Source of the DNA: Candidatus Fervidifonticultor quintus
Lineage (GTDB): Bacteria; Sysuimicrobiota; Sysuimicrobiia; Sysuimicrobiales; Humicultoraceae
DNA: 64,000 nt
Reading direction: 5' to 3'
NCBI GenBank assembly: GCA_031459535.1
Contig: JAVKIJ010000001.1
Coordinates: forward strand, 32,001-96,000
Both the position numbers and the translations under genes were made by a program. Below, piece after piece: positions 28,874 through 40,080 of the stretch. The first letter of the stretch is position 1. The number at the start of each line of letters is the position of its first letter. The notes under the pieces were generated by a model that saw only the letters and a program-made list of their open reading frames with translations, made no database searches and was not told the DNA's origin.

Positions 28874-30634
28874 ATGTCGAGCCGGGGTTCCATCATCAAC
28901 ATTGCCGGACCTGCGGTCATCGCGCGGGGCATTCCCGGCGCCCGCATGTACGACCTGGTCCGGGTGGGCCGGGAGGGCCTCCTGGGAGAGATCATCCGCC
29001 TGGATGGCGACACGGCGTTCATCCAGGTCTACGAGGATACGTCGGGCCTGATGGTGGGTGAACCGGTGGCGAGCACCGGCGCACCGCTGGCGGTGGAACT
29101 GGGGCCGGGACTCCTGACAGGCATCTTCGACGGCATCCAGCGACCGCTGCAGGCCATCCGCCAGCAGAAAGGCGACTTCATCGCCCGCGGCGCTGTGACC
29201 GAGGCTGTTGATCGGTCGAAGAAGTGGGAGTTCACCCCCACTGTGGCCCCCGGGGCCACCGTCGGGCCCGGCGACGTGGTGGGAACCGTCCGTGAGTTCG
29301 GCTTCGAGCACCGGATCATGGTGCCGCCTTCGGCCCGGGGTGGGCAGGTGACCGAGATCCGCAGCGGTGAGGTCACGGTGACGGACGTGGTCGCCAGGCT
29401 CTCCGACGGGACGGACGTGCGGCTGCTGCAGCACTGGCCGGTCCGCCAGGCGCGGCCGGTGGCGCGCAAGCTCGACCCGCGGGAGCCGTTCATCTCAGGG
29501 CAGCGCATCATTGATGTGCTCTTTCCCGTGGCCATGGGTGGCGCGGCCTCCATCCCCGGGCCGTTCGGCTCGGGCAAGACCGTCATGCAGCAGACGCTGG
29601 CCAAGTGGTCCAACGCCGACGTCATCATCTACGTGGGTTGCGGCGAGCGCGGCAACGAGATGACCCATGTGCTGGACGAGTTCCCCGAGCTGGAAGATCC
29701 GCGCACGGGCCGGCCGCTGATGGAGCGCACCATTATCATCGCCAACACGTCCAACATGCCCGTCGCCGCCCGTGAAGCGTCGGTCTACACCGGGATCACC
29801 ATGGCGGAGTACTGGCGCGACCAGGGCTACAAGGTGGCGCTCATGGCCGACTCGACCAGCCGCTGGGCCGAAGCCATGCGGGAGATTTCGTCCCGGTTGG
29901 AGGAGATGCCCGCCGAGGAAGGCTATCCTCCGTACCTGTCCAGCCGCCTGGCGGCCTTCTACGAGCGGGCCGGCCGCGCGGTCTGTCTGGGTTCGCCCGA
30001 GCGCACCGGCTCCGTGACGGTGATCGGCGCCGTCTCGCCGCCCGGCGGTGACCTGTCCGAACCGGTCACGCAGGCGACGCTCCGCATCACCGGCACGTTC
30101 TGGTCGTTGGACGCCGGCCTGGCCAACCGTCGGCACTTCCCGGCGATCCACTGGCTGCGCAGCTACAGCCTCTACATGCCCCTGTTCCAGGAGTGGTACC
30201 GGGAGCACATGCCGGAAGACTTTCCGCACCTGCGCGATCGGGCATCGGCGCTGCTCCAGCGCGAGGCGGAGCTCCAGGAGATCGTCCAGCTCGTGGGCCC
30301 CGACGCGCTGCAGGACGACCAGCGTCTCGTCATCGAGGCGGGCAAGATGCTCCGGGAGGACTTCCTCCAGCAGTCGTCGTTCTCCGAGGTAGACGCCTAC
30401 TGCTCGCTGGAGAAGGCCTACGGCATGCTCAAGGCCATCATCACGTTCTACGACGAGGCGTCAGCGGCACTCCGACGCGGCATGGCCATGGACGACCTGC
30501 TGAACCTGAAGCAGCTCGAGGAGATCGCGCGCATGAAGGAAGTGTCCAACGAGAGCTGGCGGTCGTGGTTCGAGCCGTGGCTGCGGGCGCTGCCCGAGGC
30601 GTTTGGCGCCAAGCCCGCCGCTGAGGGGGCGTAG
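28874..30634 (+). CDS. atpA: V/A-type ATPase catalytic subunit A
   Basis: [38 protein letters not shown]. Confidence 0.98.
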   Translation: MSSRGSIINIAGPAVIARGIPGARMYDLVRVGREGLLGEIIRLDGDTAFIQVYEDTSGLMVGEPVASTGAPLAVELGPGLLTGIFDGIQRPLQAIRQQKGDFIARGAVTEAVDRSKKWEFTPTVAPGATVGPGDVVGTVREFGFEHRIMVPPSARGGQVTEIRSGEVTVTDVVARLSDGTDVRLLQHWPVRQARPVARKLDPREPFISGQRIIDVLFPVAMGGAASIPGPFGSGKTVMQQTLAKWSNADVIIYVGCGERGNEMTHVLDEFPELEDPRTGRPLMERTIIIANTSNMPVAAREASVYTGITMAEYWRDQGYKVALMADSTSRWAEAMREISSRLEEMPAEEGYPPYLSSRLAAFYERAGRAVCLGSPERTGSVTVIGAVSPPGGDLSEPVTQATLRITGTFWSLDAGLANRRHFPAIHWLRSYSLYMPLFQEWYREHMPEDFPHLRDRASALLQREAELQEIVQLVGPDALQDDQRLVIEAGKMLREDFLQQSSFSEVDAYCSLEKAYGMLKAIITFYDEASAALRRGMAMDDLLNLKQLEEIARMKEVSNESWRSWFEPWLRALPEAFGAKPAAEGA

Positions 30635-30638
30635 GTCC

Positions 30639-32057
30639 ATGTCGCTGGTCACCAAGCAGTACCAGAGCATTTCGTACATCTCGGGGCCGCTGCTGTTCGT
30701 GGAGGGGGCGCGGGACCTGGCCTATGGCGCCATCGTGAACATCCATCTCCCCGATGGCGGCGTGCGCGGTGGTCAGGTGATCGAGGTCTCGGAGAAGCAC
30801 GCCGTCATCCAGGTTTTCGAAGAGACCGCAGGGCTCGATCTGGCCAGGACCTCGGTGAGCCTCCGTGAGGACGTGGCACGCATCGGCGTCTCGCGGGAGA
30901 TGATCGGCCGCCGGTTCAGCGGCCTGGGCGAACCCATTGATGGCCTACCCCCCATCATTCCCGAGAAGCGGCTGCCTATCATCGGCGCGCCCATCAATCC
31001 CGTGGCCCGGCAGCGCCCGCAGGAGTTCATCCAGACCGGCATCTCCACCATTGACGGACTGAACACCCTGGTCCGGGGGCAGAAGCTGCCGATCTTCTCT
31101 GGCGCGGGGCTGCCCCACAACGAGATCGCGGCGCAGATCGCGCGCCAGGCCAAGGTCCTGGGCGCCGCCGAGGAGTTCTCGGTGGTGTTTGCGGCCATGG
31201 GCATCACCCAGCGGGAGGCGGCCTACTTCATCGAGCAGTTTGAAGCCACCGGCGCGCTGGCGCGCAGCGTCGTCTTCCTCAACCTGGCCGACGACCCGGC
31301 CATCGAGCGGCTGCTCACCCCGCGCATGGCGCTCACGGCGGCCGAGTACCTGGCCTTCGATCTGGACATGCAGGTGCTGGTCATCCTGACGGACATGACC
31401 AACTACTGCGAGGCGCTCCGCGAGATCGGCGCCGCCCGCGAGGAGATCCCTGGCCGCCGCGGCTACCCCGGGTACATGTACACCGACCTAGCCACCATCT
31501 ACGAGCGGGCGGGCCGCATCTTCGGCCGCAAGGGCTCGATCACACAGCTCCCGATTCTGACCATGCCGGACGACGATATCACGCACCCCATCCCCGACCT
31601 GACCGGCTACATCACCGAGGGACAGATCGTGCTCTCAAGGGCCCTGCACCGCAACGGCATCTATCCGCCCATCAACCCGCTGCCCAGCCTGTCCAGGCTG
31701 ATGAACGACGGCATCGGTCCCGGTCGGACCCGGGCCGACCACGCCAACGTGAAGGACCAGCTCTTCGCCTCGTATGCCAATGGCGTGGACCTCCGCCGGC
31801 TGGTGGCCATTATCGGTGAGGAGGCACTGACCGAGCGCGACCGGCTCTACCTCAGGTTCGCCGAGGACTTCGAGCGCGAGTTCATCGGCCAGGGCCAGAC
31901 CGAGCGCTCCATCGAGGAGACCCTCACGATGGGGTGGAAGCTGCTGTCCATGTTCCCGCGGGCCGAGCTGAAGCGCATTAAGCAGGACCACGTGGACCGG
32001 TACTACTTCGGCGAGCAGATGGAGAAGCTCTGGGAGGACCGCTCGCTCCGCAGGTAG
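30639..32057 (+). CDS. atpB: V/A-type ATPase subunit B
   Basis: [42 protein letters not shown]. Confidence 0.98.
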   Translation: MSLVTKQYQSISYISGPLLFVEGARDLAYGAIVNIHLPDGGVRGGQVIEVSEKHAVIQVFEETAGLDLARTSVSLREDVARIGVSREMIGRRFSGLGEPIDGLPPIIPEKRLPIIGAPINPVARQRPQEFIQTGISTIDGLNTLVRGQKLPIFSGAGLPHNEIAAQIARQAKVLGAAEEFSVVFAAMGITQREAAYFIEQFEATGALARSVVFLNLADDPAIERLLTPRMALTAAEYLAFDLDMQVLVILTDMTNYCEALREIGAAREEIPGRRGYPGYMYTDLATIYERAGRIFGRKGSITQLPILTMPDDDITHPIPDLTGYITEGQIVLSRALHRNGIYPPINPLPSLSRLMNDGIGPGRTRADHANVKDQLFASYANGVDLRRLVAIIGEEALTERDRLYLRFAEDFEREFIGQGQTERSIEETLTMGWKLLSMFPRAELKRIKQDHVDRYYFGEQMEKLWEDRSLRR

Positions 32058-32100
32058 GCGAGGCGCACCGGAGGGCTACGAGGGGTCGAGGAGCCGCACG

Positions 32101-32742
32101 ATGGCCGAGGTCATCAGCCCCACCCGCATGAATCTCCTGCAGCGGCGCAACCAGCTCCGCGTCGCGCAGCAGGGTGTGGATCTCCTCAAGCGCAAGCGGG
32201 ACGCGCTGGTGGCCGACTTCTTCAAGATCGTGCGCCAGTCGCTGGCGGCCCGCGACCAGTTGGCCTCGGCGTGCAGCGAGGCGTACGTCATGCTGACCCT
32301 GGCCAAGGCCTGGGAAGGCCGGGAGGCCCTGGAAGCCGCGGCCATGGCCTCCCAGCGAGACATCCTGCTCGACATCGAGGTTCGCAATGTCTGGGGCACG
32401 AAGATCCCTGAGGTGACGGTGACCCCGGTGCGCCGGTCGGTGCTCGAACGTGGCCAGAACCTGGTGGCGACCAGCGCGCGCACCATGGAGAGCACCTCGA
32501 ACTTCGAAGAGGTCATCACCGCCATCCTGGCGGTGGCCGCCACGGAGATCAAGCTGCGCAAGATCGGCGAGGAGATCAAGAAGACAACCCGCCGGGTCAA
32601 CGCCCTGGAGCAGGTGGTGATTCCGCGGCTGAGGGGCGAGACGCGTTACATCGCGTCGGTGCTGGAGCAGCGGGCCCGCGAAGACGTCTTCCGCCTCAAG
32701 CGGATCAAGCAGAAACTGGAGACCAAGGCGAGTCATGGGTGA
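32101..32742 (+). CDS. atpD: V/A-type ATPase subunit D
   Basis: PTRMNL..LLKRKRDAL..KTTRRVNALE. Confidence 0.96.
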   Translation: MAEVISPTRMNLLQRRNQLRVAQQGVDLLKRKRDALVADFFKIVRQSLAARDQLASACSEAYVMLTLAKAWEGREALEAAAMASQRDILLDIEVRNVWGTKIPEVTVTPVRRSVLERGQNLVATSARTMESTSNFEEVITAILAVAATEIKLRKIGEEIKKTTRRVNALEQVVIPRLRGETRYIASVLEQRAREDVFRLKRIKQKLETKASHG

Positions 32743-33505
32743 TGACGGTGCTGGCCGATCGGTCTTCTTCGGCGTCTTCCGGCGCGCCAGCCGTCTGCAT
32801 GCGGTCATGGCGGTGCTATTTTGCGTCGTGGGGTTCGTGGCCGTCACCCAGGTCCGCACCGAGTGGCTCATCAGGCGCACCCTGCGCATTCCCTCCACGC
32901 AGCTCGAGGAGTTGGCCTTCGTGCTCCGGGAGCAGGAGCGCGACCGGTCCCGCTTGGAGGCCCAGATCGCCGACCTGCGCACCCGTCTGGCGGAATACGA
33001 GCGCGTCGCCGCCGAGGGCCGCAGCGTGGCGGCACGCATGAACCGGCAGCTCCAGGACCTGCGCGCGCTGGCTGGCCTGACGGCCCTGGAAGGCCCCGGC
33101 ATCGTGATCACCCTCGATGACAGCCCCCGGCCATCGCAGCCCGGCGAGGACCCCAACAAGACGATCCTGCACTACTCGGATCTGGCGGCAGTCGTGGCCG
33201 AGTTGTGGGCCGCCGGGGCCGAGGCCGTGGCCATCAACGGCGAACGGGTCACCTCCACCAGCGGCATCAACTGTGTGGGAACCACGATTCTCTGCAACAT
33301 CAAGCGCATGGCGCCCCCCTACGCGATCACGGCCATCGGCGATGCCGCCCGGCTCCAGGGGTATCTGCGCAGGCCCGGCGGGGTGCTGGACCAACTGGCG
33401 TCGTTCGACTTTCCCATCAGGTTGGCGACCTACACCCGGGTCCGGGTGCCACCCTATCGCGGGACGTTCCGGTTTGAGTATGCTGGAATCAGCGAGAGGG
33501 AGTAG
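32735..33505 (+). CDS. DUF881 family protein (YlxW/YlxX-like)
   Basis: TM plus coiled coil; AGLTALEGPGIVITLDD, ELWAAGAEAVAINGER. Confidence 0.88.
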   Translation: MGDDGAGRSVFFGVFRRASRLHAVMAVLFCVVGFVAVTQVRTEWLIRRTLRIPSTQLEELAFVLREQERDRSRLEAQIADLRTRLAEYERVAAEGRSVAARMNRQLQDLRALAGLTALEGPGIVITLDDSPRPSQPGEDPNKTILHYSDLAAVVAELWAAGAEAVAINGERVTSTSGINCVGTTILCNIKRMAPPYAITAIGDAARLQGYLRRPGGVLDQLASFDFPIRLATYTRVRVPPYRGTFRFEYAGISERE

Positions 33506-33511
33506 AGTGCC

Positions 33512-33859
33512 ATGTGGTTGCCGTTCGTCGGCCTGGTCCTGGGCATCGCACTCGGCTTTCTGATCTATGTGGAGATCCCGCTGGGCTATGTCAAGTACAC
33601 TGCGATCGCCATCCTGGCCGCCATTGATACCATTCTGGGCGGCCTGCGGGCTCAGCTCGAGGACCGCTTCGACCTGGCCATTTTCCTGTCGGGTTTCGTC
33701 GTCAACGCCGCATTTGCGGCGCTGCTGGCGGGCATCGGTGACCTGCTGGGCCTGGACATCTATCTGGGCGCCGTCCTCGCGTTCTCGATCCGGATCTTTG
33801 ACAACGTGGGGTTCATCCGGCGGGACGTGCTGATGCGCTACCTGAAAGGCGGGAGGTGA
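33512..33859 (+). CDS. sbp: Small basic protein Sbp / DUF1290
   Basis: YTAIAILAAIDTILGGLRA..GFVVNA..RIFDN. Confidence 0.85.
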   Translation: MWLPFVGLVLGIALGFLIYVEIPLGYVKYTAIAILAAIDTILGGLRAQLEDRFDLAIFLSGFVVNAAFAALLAGIGDLLGLDIYLGAVLAFSIRIFDNVGFIRRDVLMRYLKGGR

Positions 33860-33862
33860 GCA

Positions 33863-34876
33863 ATGGCAGTCCGTGTGGGCATCAACGGCTTCGGGCGGAT
33901 CGGCCGGCTGGTGCTGCGCGCCATGCGCCAGTACTATCCCCAGGAGATCGAGGTGGCTGCCGTCAACGACATCGCCGATCTGGCCACCAACGCCCATCTG
34001 TTCAAGTACGACTCCAACTACGGCACCTACGGCGGGTCGGTGGAGACCCGGGAAGGCAAGTTGGTCATCGATGGCCAGGAGATCATGGTATTCGGCGAGC
34101 GGGATCCGTCCACCATCGCATGGTCCAAAGCTGGCGTCGAGGTCGTGGTGGAGTCCACCGGCCGGTTCACCCAGGCCGAGAAGGCCAAGGGGCACCTGCA
34201 GGGCGGGGCCAAGAAGGTCGTGATTAGCGCGCCGGGCAAGGGTGAAGACATCACCATCAATATGGGCGTCAACCATGAGCTCTACGATCCGGCCAGACAC
34301 ACCATCATCAGCAACGGTTCCTGCACCACCAATGGGCTGTCGGTGACGGCCAAGGTCCTCAGTCGCCAGTTCGGCATCAGGCGCGGCTTCATGACCACCG
34401 TGCACTCCTACACCAACACCCAACGCATCCTGGACGTGGTCGGGGAAGATCTGCGGGAGGCCCGGGCAGCGGCGCTCAACATCATCCCGGCCAGCACCGG
34501 CGCCGCGAAGGCCATCTTCCTGGTGCTCCCGGAGCTGAAGGGCAAGATGACCGGCATCGCGCTGCGCGTGCCCACGCCCACGGTGTCCATCGTGGATCTG
34601 ACCGTGGAGCTGGAGAGGCCCACGACCGCCGAGGCCATCAACGCGGCGTTTGCAGCTGCGGCCGCGGGTGAGATGAAGGGCTACCTAGGGTACAGCGAGA
34701 TCCCGCTGGTGTCCATGGACTTCAAGGGCGACCCGCACTCCGGCGTGGTGGACGGGCCACTGACCGCAGTCATGCACGAGACCATGGCCAAGGTCATGAC
34801 CTGGTACGATAACGAGTGGGGCTACGCGTGCCGGGTGGCCGATCTGGTGCACTACATGGCACAACGAGGGCTCTAG
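33863..34876 (+). CDS. gap: Type I glyceraldehyde-3-phosphate dehydrogenase
   Basis: [23 protein letters not shown]. Confidence 0.98.
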   Translation: MAVRVGINGFGRIGRLVLRAMRQYYPQEIEVAAVNDIADLATNAHLFKYDSNYGTYGGSVETREGKLVIDGQEIMVFGERDPSTIAWSKAGVEVVVESTGRFTQAEKAKGHLQGGAKKVVISAPGKGEDITINMGVNHELYDPARHTIISNGSCTTNGLSVTAKVLSRQFGIRRGFMTTVHSYTNTQRILDVVGEDLREARAAALNIIPASTGAAKAIFLVLPELKGKMTGIALRVPTPTVSIVDLTVELERPTTAEAINAAFAAAAAGEMKGYLGYSEIPLVSMDFKGDPHSGVVDGPLTAVMHETMAKVMTWYDNEWGYACRVADLVHYMAQRGL

Positions 34877-34890
34877 GTGAGGCGCAGCCG

Positions 34891-34918
34891 GGGGCCGCGG
34901 GCGACCGCCCGCGGCCCC
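34891..34918. other. Perfect 12-bp GC hairpin between gap and pgk
   Basis: GGGGCCGCGGGC-GACC-GCCCGCGGCCCC; no U-tract. Confidence 0.7.
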
Positions 34919-34978
34919 TCGCATGACCGGCCGGCTTGGTGCTGGCGCGGCGAGACTCCGCCAAGTAGGGAGACTGAG

Positions 34979-36157
34979 ATGAAGAAGACCATTCGCGACG
35001 TGGATCTGGCCGATCGACGGGTGCTGGTGCGCGTGGATTTCAACGTGCCCATGGACGGCGGCATGGTGACCGACGACAGGAGGATCCGGGAGTCGCTCCC
35101 GACGGTGCGTTTCCTGGTCGAGCGCCGCGCCAAGGTCGTGTTGTGTTCGCACCTGGGGCGGCCGGGGGGCAAGGTGAACCCCGCGTTCAGCCTGGCACCG
35201 GTGGCGGCGCGGCTGGGCGAGTTGCTTGGGCGACCGGTGCCGCTGTTGCCCGATTGCGTCGGCCCGGCGGTGGAGGCCGCGGTGACGGCCATGCGGCCCG
35301 GTGATGTGGTGCTGCTGGAGAACCTGCGGTTCCACCCAGAGGAAGAGGCCAACGACCCGGCGTTTGCGCGGCGCCTGGCGGGCCTGGCCGATCTCTACGT
35401 CAACGACGCGTTCGGCACGGCCCACCGCGCCCACGCCTCCACCGCCGGCGTGGCCGCCTACCTGCCCGGTGTGGCGGGGTTTCTGATGGAGAAGGAGCTC
35501 AGGCATCTGGGCCAGGCCCTGGATGCCCCCCTACGGCCCTTCGTCGCCATCCTGGGGGGCAAGAAGGTCTCCGACAAGATTGCGGTGATTAGGAACCTGT
35601 TGACCCGGGCCGACGCGCTGCTGGTCGGCGGCGGCATGGCGTACACGTTCCTGAAGGCCAAGGGGTACGAGATCGGCGGCTCCATTCTCGATGCCGAGAA
35701 CCTGGCCATGGCCAGCGACTTCCTGGCCGAGGCCGACCGCCGCGGTGTGCGGTTCGAACTGCCGGTGGACGTGGTGGTAACCACGGCGCCGGACGGGAGC
35801 GCAGGTGCCCGGGTCGTTGATGCCAGAGCGATCCCGGCTGGCGAGGTGGGGGTGGACATCGGACCGCAGACTGCCGCGCGGTTCGCAGGGGTCATCCGCG
35901 GTGCGGGCACCGTGCTGTGGAACGGCCCGATGGGCATCTTCGAGGTGCCCGCGTTCGCGGCCGGCACCAGGGCTGTGGCCGAGGCCATGGCCGCTTCCCA
36001 GGCCGTGACCGTGGTGGGCGGCGGAGACACGGCCGCAGCCGTCGAAGAGTTTGGTCTGGCGGACCGCATGACCCATATTTCGACGGGCGGCGGTGCGTCG
36101 CTGGAGTTTCTCGAAGGCCGCGAGCTCCCCGGCATCGCGGCCTTGCAGGACGCGTAG
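34979..36157 (+). CDS. pgk: Phosphoglycerate kinase
   Basis: [34 protein letters not shown]. Confidence 0.98.
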   Translation: MKKTIRDVDLADRRVLVRVDFNVPMDGGMVTDDRRIRESLPTVRFLVERRAKVVLCSHLGRPGGKVNPAFSLAPVAARLGELLGRPVPLLPDCVGPAVEAAVTAMRPGDVVLLENLRFHPEEEANDPAFARRLAGLADLYVNDAFGTAHRAHASTAGVAAYLPGVAGFLMEKELRHLGQALDAPLRPFVAILGGKKVSDKIAVIRNLLTRADALLVGGGMAYTFLKAKGYEIGGSILDAENLAMASDFLAEADRRGVRFELPVDVVVTTAPDGSAGARVVDARAIPAGEVGVDIGPQTAARFAGVIRGAGTVLWNGPMGIFEVPAFAAGTRAVAEAMAASQAVTVVGGGDTAAAVEEFGLADRMTHISTGGGASLEFLEGRELPGIAALQDA

Positions 36158-36181
36158 ACGTCATCGTCATTCGGAGGACGC

Positions 36182-36949
36182 ATGCGCACGCCCTTGATCG
36201 CGGGTAACTGGAAGATGCACAAGACCGTGCGGGAGGCGAGGGAGCTGGCCGAGGGTCTGCGGGCGCGCCTGGCTGGTTTCGCGGGCGCCGACGTGGTGGT
36301 CTGCCCGCCATTCACCGCGCTGGCCGAGGTGGGCAGGATGCTGGCCGGATCGGCCATCGAACTGGGCGCGCAGGACCTGCACTGGGAGCCTGCGGGGGCG
36401 TTCACCGGCGAGATCTCGGCGCCGATGCTCTGGGACCTGGGGTGCACCTATGTGATCATCGGACACTCGGAGCGTCGGCGTCTGCTCGGTGAGGACGACG
36501 AGGCGGTGCGCCGCAAGGTGGCCGCCGCCCTCGCCAACGAGCTCATCCCGATCCTGTGCGTGGGGGAGTCGCTGGAGGAACGGGAGGATGGGCGGACCGA
36601 GCGGATCGTGCAGACCCAGGCGCGCATCGGTACCCTGGAGGTGCCCGACGGCCAGGCGGGCCAGCTGGTCATCGCCTACGAGCCGGTGTGGGCCATCGGG
36701 ACCGGCCACCCGGCCACCGGGCAGGAGGCCAATCGGATCGCCGGCCTGATCCGTGGCTGGCTACGACAGTGGTTCGGGAGTGCCGCCGAGGCCGTGCGGG
36801 TCCTTTACGGGGGCAGCGTGACGCCGGAGACCATTGCCGAGTTCGCCGGTCAGCCCGAGATCGACGGCGCGCTGGTCGGCGGCGCCAGTCTCGATGCGGA
36901 CGCGTTCGCCAGCATTGTGAGGACGGTGGCCGAGCAGAAGAGATCCTGA
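36182..36949 (+). CDS. tpiA: Triosephosphate isomerase
   Basis: AGNWKMH, GHSERR, AYEPVWAIGTG, LVGGASL. Confidence 0.98.
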   Translation: MRTPLIAGNWKMHKTVREARELAEGLRARLAGFAGADVVVCPPFTALAEVGRMLAGSAIELGAQDLHWEPAGAFTGEISAPMLWDLGCTYVIIGHSERRRLLGEDDEAVRRKVAAALANELIPILCVGESLEEREDGRTERIVQTQARIGTLEVPDGQAGQLVIAYEPVWAIGTGHPATGQEANRIAGLIRGWLRQWFGSAAEAVRVLYGGSVTPETIAEFAGQPEIDGALVGGASLDADAFASIVRTVAEQKRS

Positions 36950-36960
36950 CCGGGCTCCGC

Positions 36961-37401
36961 CTACGACTCCACCGTTACCCGCACCGGGCGCGGCCGCACC
37001 GCGGGGTTCTTGGGCAGGATGATCTCCAACACGCCTGACCGCAGGGATGCCTTCACCCCCGATGCGTCAATCTCCACGGGGAACTCCACCAGGCGGGCAA
37101 ACTTCCCTGACAGGCGCTCACAGCACAGGTAGCCCTCGGGCCTGCCTTCTGCCGGCCTCCGCTCGCCGCGTAGGGACAGCACCGCGCCTTCTACAGAGAT
37201 CTCCAGGTCCTCGGCTCGCACCCCGGGGAGGTCTGCGCGGACCACGAAGTGCTCGCCGCCGTCGTACACGTCCACCTCGGGCGCGAACACGTACTCGGCC
37301 TGCCCACCCCGCGCGCCGGCTCTGCCCTCGATGCGCATCGGATGCCAGCCCATGCGACCGTACGGCCCTTGCCGCCACGGTCCGGTTCCCCATGTCTTCA
37401 T
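36961..37401 (-). CDS. Hsp20/alpha-crystallin small heat shock protein
   Basis: PEVDVYD..ADLPGV..ER..GKFAR..GVLEIILPK; SD AGGAGG. Confidence 0.9.
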   Translation of the reverse strand: MKTWGTGPWRQGPYGRMGWHPMRIEGRAGARGGQAEYVFAPEVDVYDGGEHFVVRADLPGVRAEDLEISVEGAVLSLRGERRPAEGRPEGYLCCERLSGKFARLVEFPVEIDASGVKASLRSGVLEIILPKNPAVRPRPVRVTVES

Positions 37402-37444
37402 GCGCGTGTCCTCCTGTGGCAGGCGCACTCACTGACACCCTGGA

Positions 37445-37894
37445 TCATGGTCCGCTCACCGCCGGGTACCCTGCCGCGACCCAGGCCTGGATGCCGCCCG
37501 CCATGCTGGTCACCTTCGTGTACCCGGCGCGGCGCAGGATGTCTCGACCCTGGCGGCTCCGATTGCCAGTTCGACAGACGACGACCACGTCCCGATCGCT
37601 TGGCACCTCGTTGACCCTCGACGCCAGGGCGCCCAGCGGAATCAGCGTGGACCCGGGAATGTGCACCTGGTGCCACTCCTGGGGTTCGCGCACATCGAGG
37701 ATGAACGCCCCGTTCCCACGCCTGGCGGCGGCCTCGGCTGTCGAGATCTCGTCTGGATACGACGCGCGACCGCTGCCTCGCAGCCCCCAGGTCGCTGCTG
37801 CGGCCACGGCCAGGAGCACCACGAGGCCGACGACCAGATAACCGGTCGTTGACGGCTGCTGGGCACCGCCTCGCCTCGTCGTCCTCAAGCTCAT
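37445..37894 (-). CDS. Membrane-anchored rhodanese-domain protein
   Basis: N-terminal TM; LDVREPQEW..HIPG..CRTGNRS..GGIQAW. Confidence 0.9.
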   Translation of the reverse strand: MSLRTTRRGGAQQPSTTGYLVVGLVVLLAVAAAATWGLRGSGRASYPDEISTAEAAARRGNGAFILDVREPQEWHQVHIPGSTLIPLGALASRVNEVPSDRDVVVVCRTGNRSRQGRDILRRAGYTKVTSMAGGIQAWVAAGYPAVSGP

Positions 37895-37920
37895 CGGTTC
37901 ACCTCGGTCACCAACGCTGT

Positions 37921-37975
37921 GGAGGGCGCTGTGTCCCGCGCCGGCACCCGGCCGGCGCTAGAACCGGACCCCTCA
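37921..37975 (-). promoter_or_regulatory. Candidate bacterial SECIS element
   Basis: TGA followed by stem GCGCCGGC/CGGGT/GCCGGCGC with G-containing loop 22 nt downstream; outer pairings GTCC/GGAC and GAGGG/CCCTC. Confidence 0.5.
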
Positions 37976-38176
37976 GCCCCCTCCGGTCGAGCACGCGCCC
38001 TCCCCGCCGCCCGCCGTGGAGCGGCCGCGGCCGATGGCCGCGAACGCCGAGATCCTGCGTCTGATCTGCTGGCTGCCGCAGTGGGGACAGCCGACGTCCT
38101 TGACTTCGCTGTGGCTCCAGACCAGCGCCTCGAAGGCCTCGCCGCACGACTGACAGGTGAATTCGTAGACCGGCAC
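37973..38176 (-). CDS. FmdB-family zinc-ribbon protein (probable Sec read-through to 37958)
   Basis: PVYEFTCQSC..CPHCGS; ends CSTGGG-TGA followed by a SECIS-like hairpin. Confidence 0.85.
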   Translation of the reverse strand: MPVYEFTCQSCGEAFEALVWSHSEVKDVGCPHCGSQQIRRRISAFAAIGRGRSTAGGGEGACSTGGG

Positions 38177-38177
38177 C

Positions 38178-38588
38178 TCACTCACCCTCCAGGAGCGCCG
38201 CCACACGATCCAGGCGCGCCCGGGCCTCCTCGGCTATAGGGCGCAGGTCGGCAGCTCCGATCACACCCAGCATGGCCACCGGATCGACCAGCGAGACCTC
38301 GTTGACCCCGGGCTCGACCTCCGACACGGTGACGTTGCAGGGCAGCAGCAGGCCCACCGCGGGCACGACGCTCAACGCCCGGTACGCCAGCGGAGGGTTG
38401 CACGCGCCCAGGATCGTGTACGGCCGGAACTCCACGTTGAGCTTCTGTTTCAGGGTCTCTCTCACGTCGATCGTCGTCAACACCCCGAATCCCTCGGTCT
38501 TGAGGGCGTCGGTCACCCGCGCGATCGCCTGACGGTGGTCGGCCCTGAGGCGAACCGTGCGGCCAATCGCGCTTGGCGCAACGTTCAT
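38178..38588 (-). CDS. DUF302 domain protein
   Basis: LKTEGFGVLTTIDV..YTILGACNP..GLLLPCNV. Confidence 0.9.
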   Translation of the reverse strand: MNVAPSAIGRTVRLRADHRQAIARVTDALKTEGFGVLTTIDVRETLKQKLNVEFRPYTILGACNPPLAYRALSVVPAVGLLLPCNVTVSEVEPGVNEVSLVDPVAMLGVIGAADLRPIAEEARARLDRVAALLEGE

Positions 38589-38656
38589 GGTGGTGTGCAC
38601 CTCCTTGTGTGACATGGCAGCGATGACCAGTGTCCGACGAACCTCGAACGCGGCAC

Positions 38657-40045
38657 TCACTCGACCGGGAAGCCGCTCCGCACCCAGGCGGCAGTGCCTC
38701 CGCTGACGTTGTAGACCGCGGCGAACCCTCTGTGGACCAGCAGCGCCGCCGCCGACTGGCTGCGGTTGCCGGTTTCGCAGATGACCGCCGTGGGCCGGGC
38801 CGGATCCAGCTCGCGCACCCGCTCGAGCAACTGGCCCAGCGGGAACAGCCGCGCCCCTGGCACGTGACCCTGCTCGAATTCCCAGGGCTCGCGCACGTCC
38901 AGCACGACCGGCGCGCTGCCGCCGCCCGCCCCGAGCATGGCGCGCAACGCTTCGGCGGAGAGGTCGTGCACGCCTCCGCTGGCAAGCGGAAGACCCATCG
39001 CCTGCCAGGCGTTCAACCCCCCGTTGAGACAACCGAGTACTTGCTCGAATCCCACACGGGCCAGCGCCAGGACCACCCGGCTATACGCGGCGTGATCGTC
39101 GAGCAACAGGATCACCGGTGCATCCGCCGGGAGGACGAAGCCGCTGCGGTTGCTCAGTTGAGGATCGGCCTGCAGGTGCACCGACCCGAGGATGTGGGCC
39201 CGGACGTACTCCACCCGCGGCCGCACATCGAGCAGCACCGCGCCCTGGTCGAGGCGCGCGAGGGCTTCACCGATCGGAATGGCTCGCGGGGTGACCTCAC
39301 CGAGCGGGGTCGGACCTCGTCGGTTGGCCTGTTTGATCCACGCGTGGTTGGCCGGCTGTTCCGGTAGCCGGTCAGTGGCGAACTGGACGAAGCCGGGCTT
39401 CGGGCGCGGGCGCAGCGCCGGGTTGAACCGCCGCTCGAATCCCAGGGTCGTGGTCGGCATGGCGCCGATAGACCTGCCGCACAACGATCCCTTGCCGTGC
39501 CCCGGGTAGACCAGCACGCTGTCGGGCAGCGCCAGGAGCCTGCCGAACAGGCTGTCGTACAGGTGGCCCGCAAGCTCGCGCGCCGCGTCCAGGCCGACCA
39601 GGTCCGGCCGGCCCACGTCGCCTACGAAGAGCGTGTCGCCGGTAAACGCCAGCCACGGTTCGCCCGAGCGCCGCAGGTCGGCCGCCAGCACTGTGACGCT
39701 GTCAGGCGTGTGCCCCGGCGTATGACGCACCTGCAGCCGCGCCGTGCCGAGCTCGAGGATGTCGCCGTCTCGCATCGGAGCGTGCGGAAACTCGGCGCGG
39801 CCAGCCTCGTGGACGCAGATGGTCGCCCCGGTCCGCGCGGCCAGATCGGTATTGCCGGAGATGTGATCGGCGTGGAGGTGCGTTTCGATGATGTGGCTAA
39901 TGCGCGCGCCGCGGGCCGCGACGGCGTCCAGGTACCGTCTGGTGTCGCGGTCGGGATCAATGACCGCCGCGACGCCGTGCACCTCGCAGCCGATCAGGTA
40001 CGACGCGCACCCGAGCCCATCCACGGTGAACTGCTGGACGTACAT
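38657..40045 (-). CDS. MBL-fold persulfide dioxygenase fused to two rhodanese domains (CstB/Blh-like)
   Basis: ETHLHADHISG, TPGHT, TGDTLFVGDVGRPDL, PGHGKGSLCG; C-terminal rhodanese CETGNRS. Confidence 0.92.
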   Translation of the reverse strand: MYVQQFTVDGLGCASYLIGCEVHGVAAVIDPDRDTRRYLDAVAARGARISHIIETHLHADHISGNTDLAARTGATICVHEAGRAEFPHAPMRDGDILELGTARLQVRHTPGHTPDSVTVLAADLRRSGEPWLAFTGDTLFVGDVGRPDLVGLDAARELAGHLYDSLFGRLLALPDSVLVYPGHGKGSLCGRSIGAMPTTTLGFERRFNPALRPRPKPGFVQFATDRLPEQPANHAWIKQANRRGPTPLGEVTPRAIPIGEALARLDQGAVLLDVRPRVEYVRAHILGSVHLQADPQLSNRSGFVLPADAPVILLLDDHAAYSRVVLALARVGFEQVLGCLNGGLNAWQAMGLPLASGGVHDLSAEALRAMLGAGGGSAPVVLDVREPWEFEQGHVPGARLFPLGQLLERVRELDPARPTAVICETGNRSQSAAALLVHRGFAAVYNVSGGTAAWVRSGFPVE

Positions 40046-40080
40046 GACCGCCCCCTCCGCGCCTCGGGCGTGTCAGGGCC

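Noticed and set aside
37430-37447. Sec read-through at the rhodanese TGA
   Set aside because: The domain is complete, the position is not a Cys-equivalent, and no convincing hairpin follows
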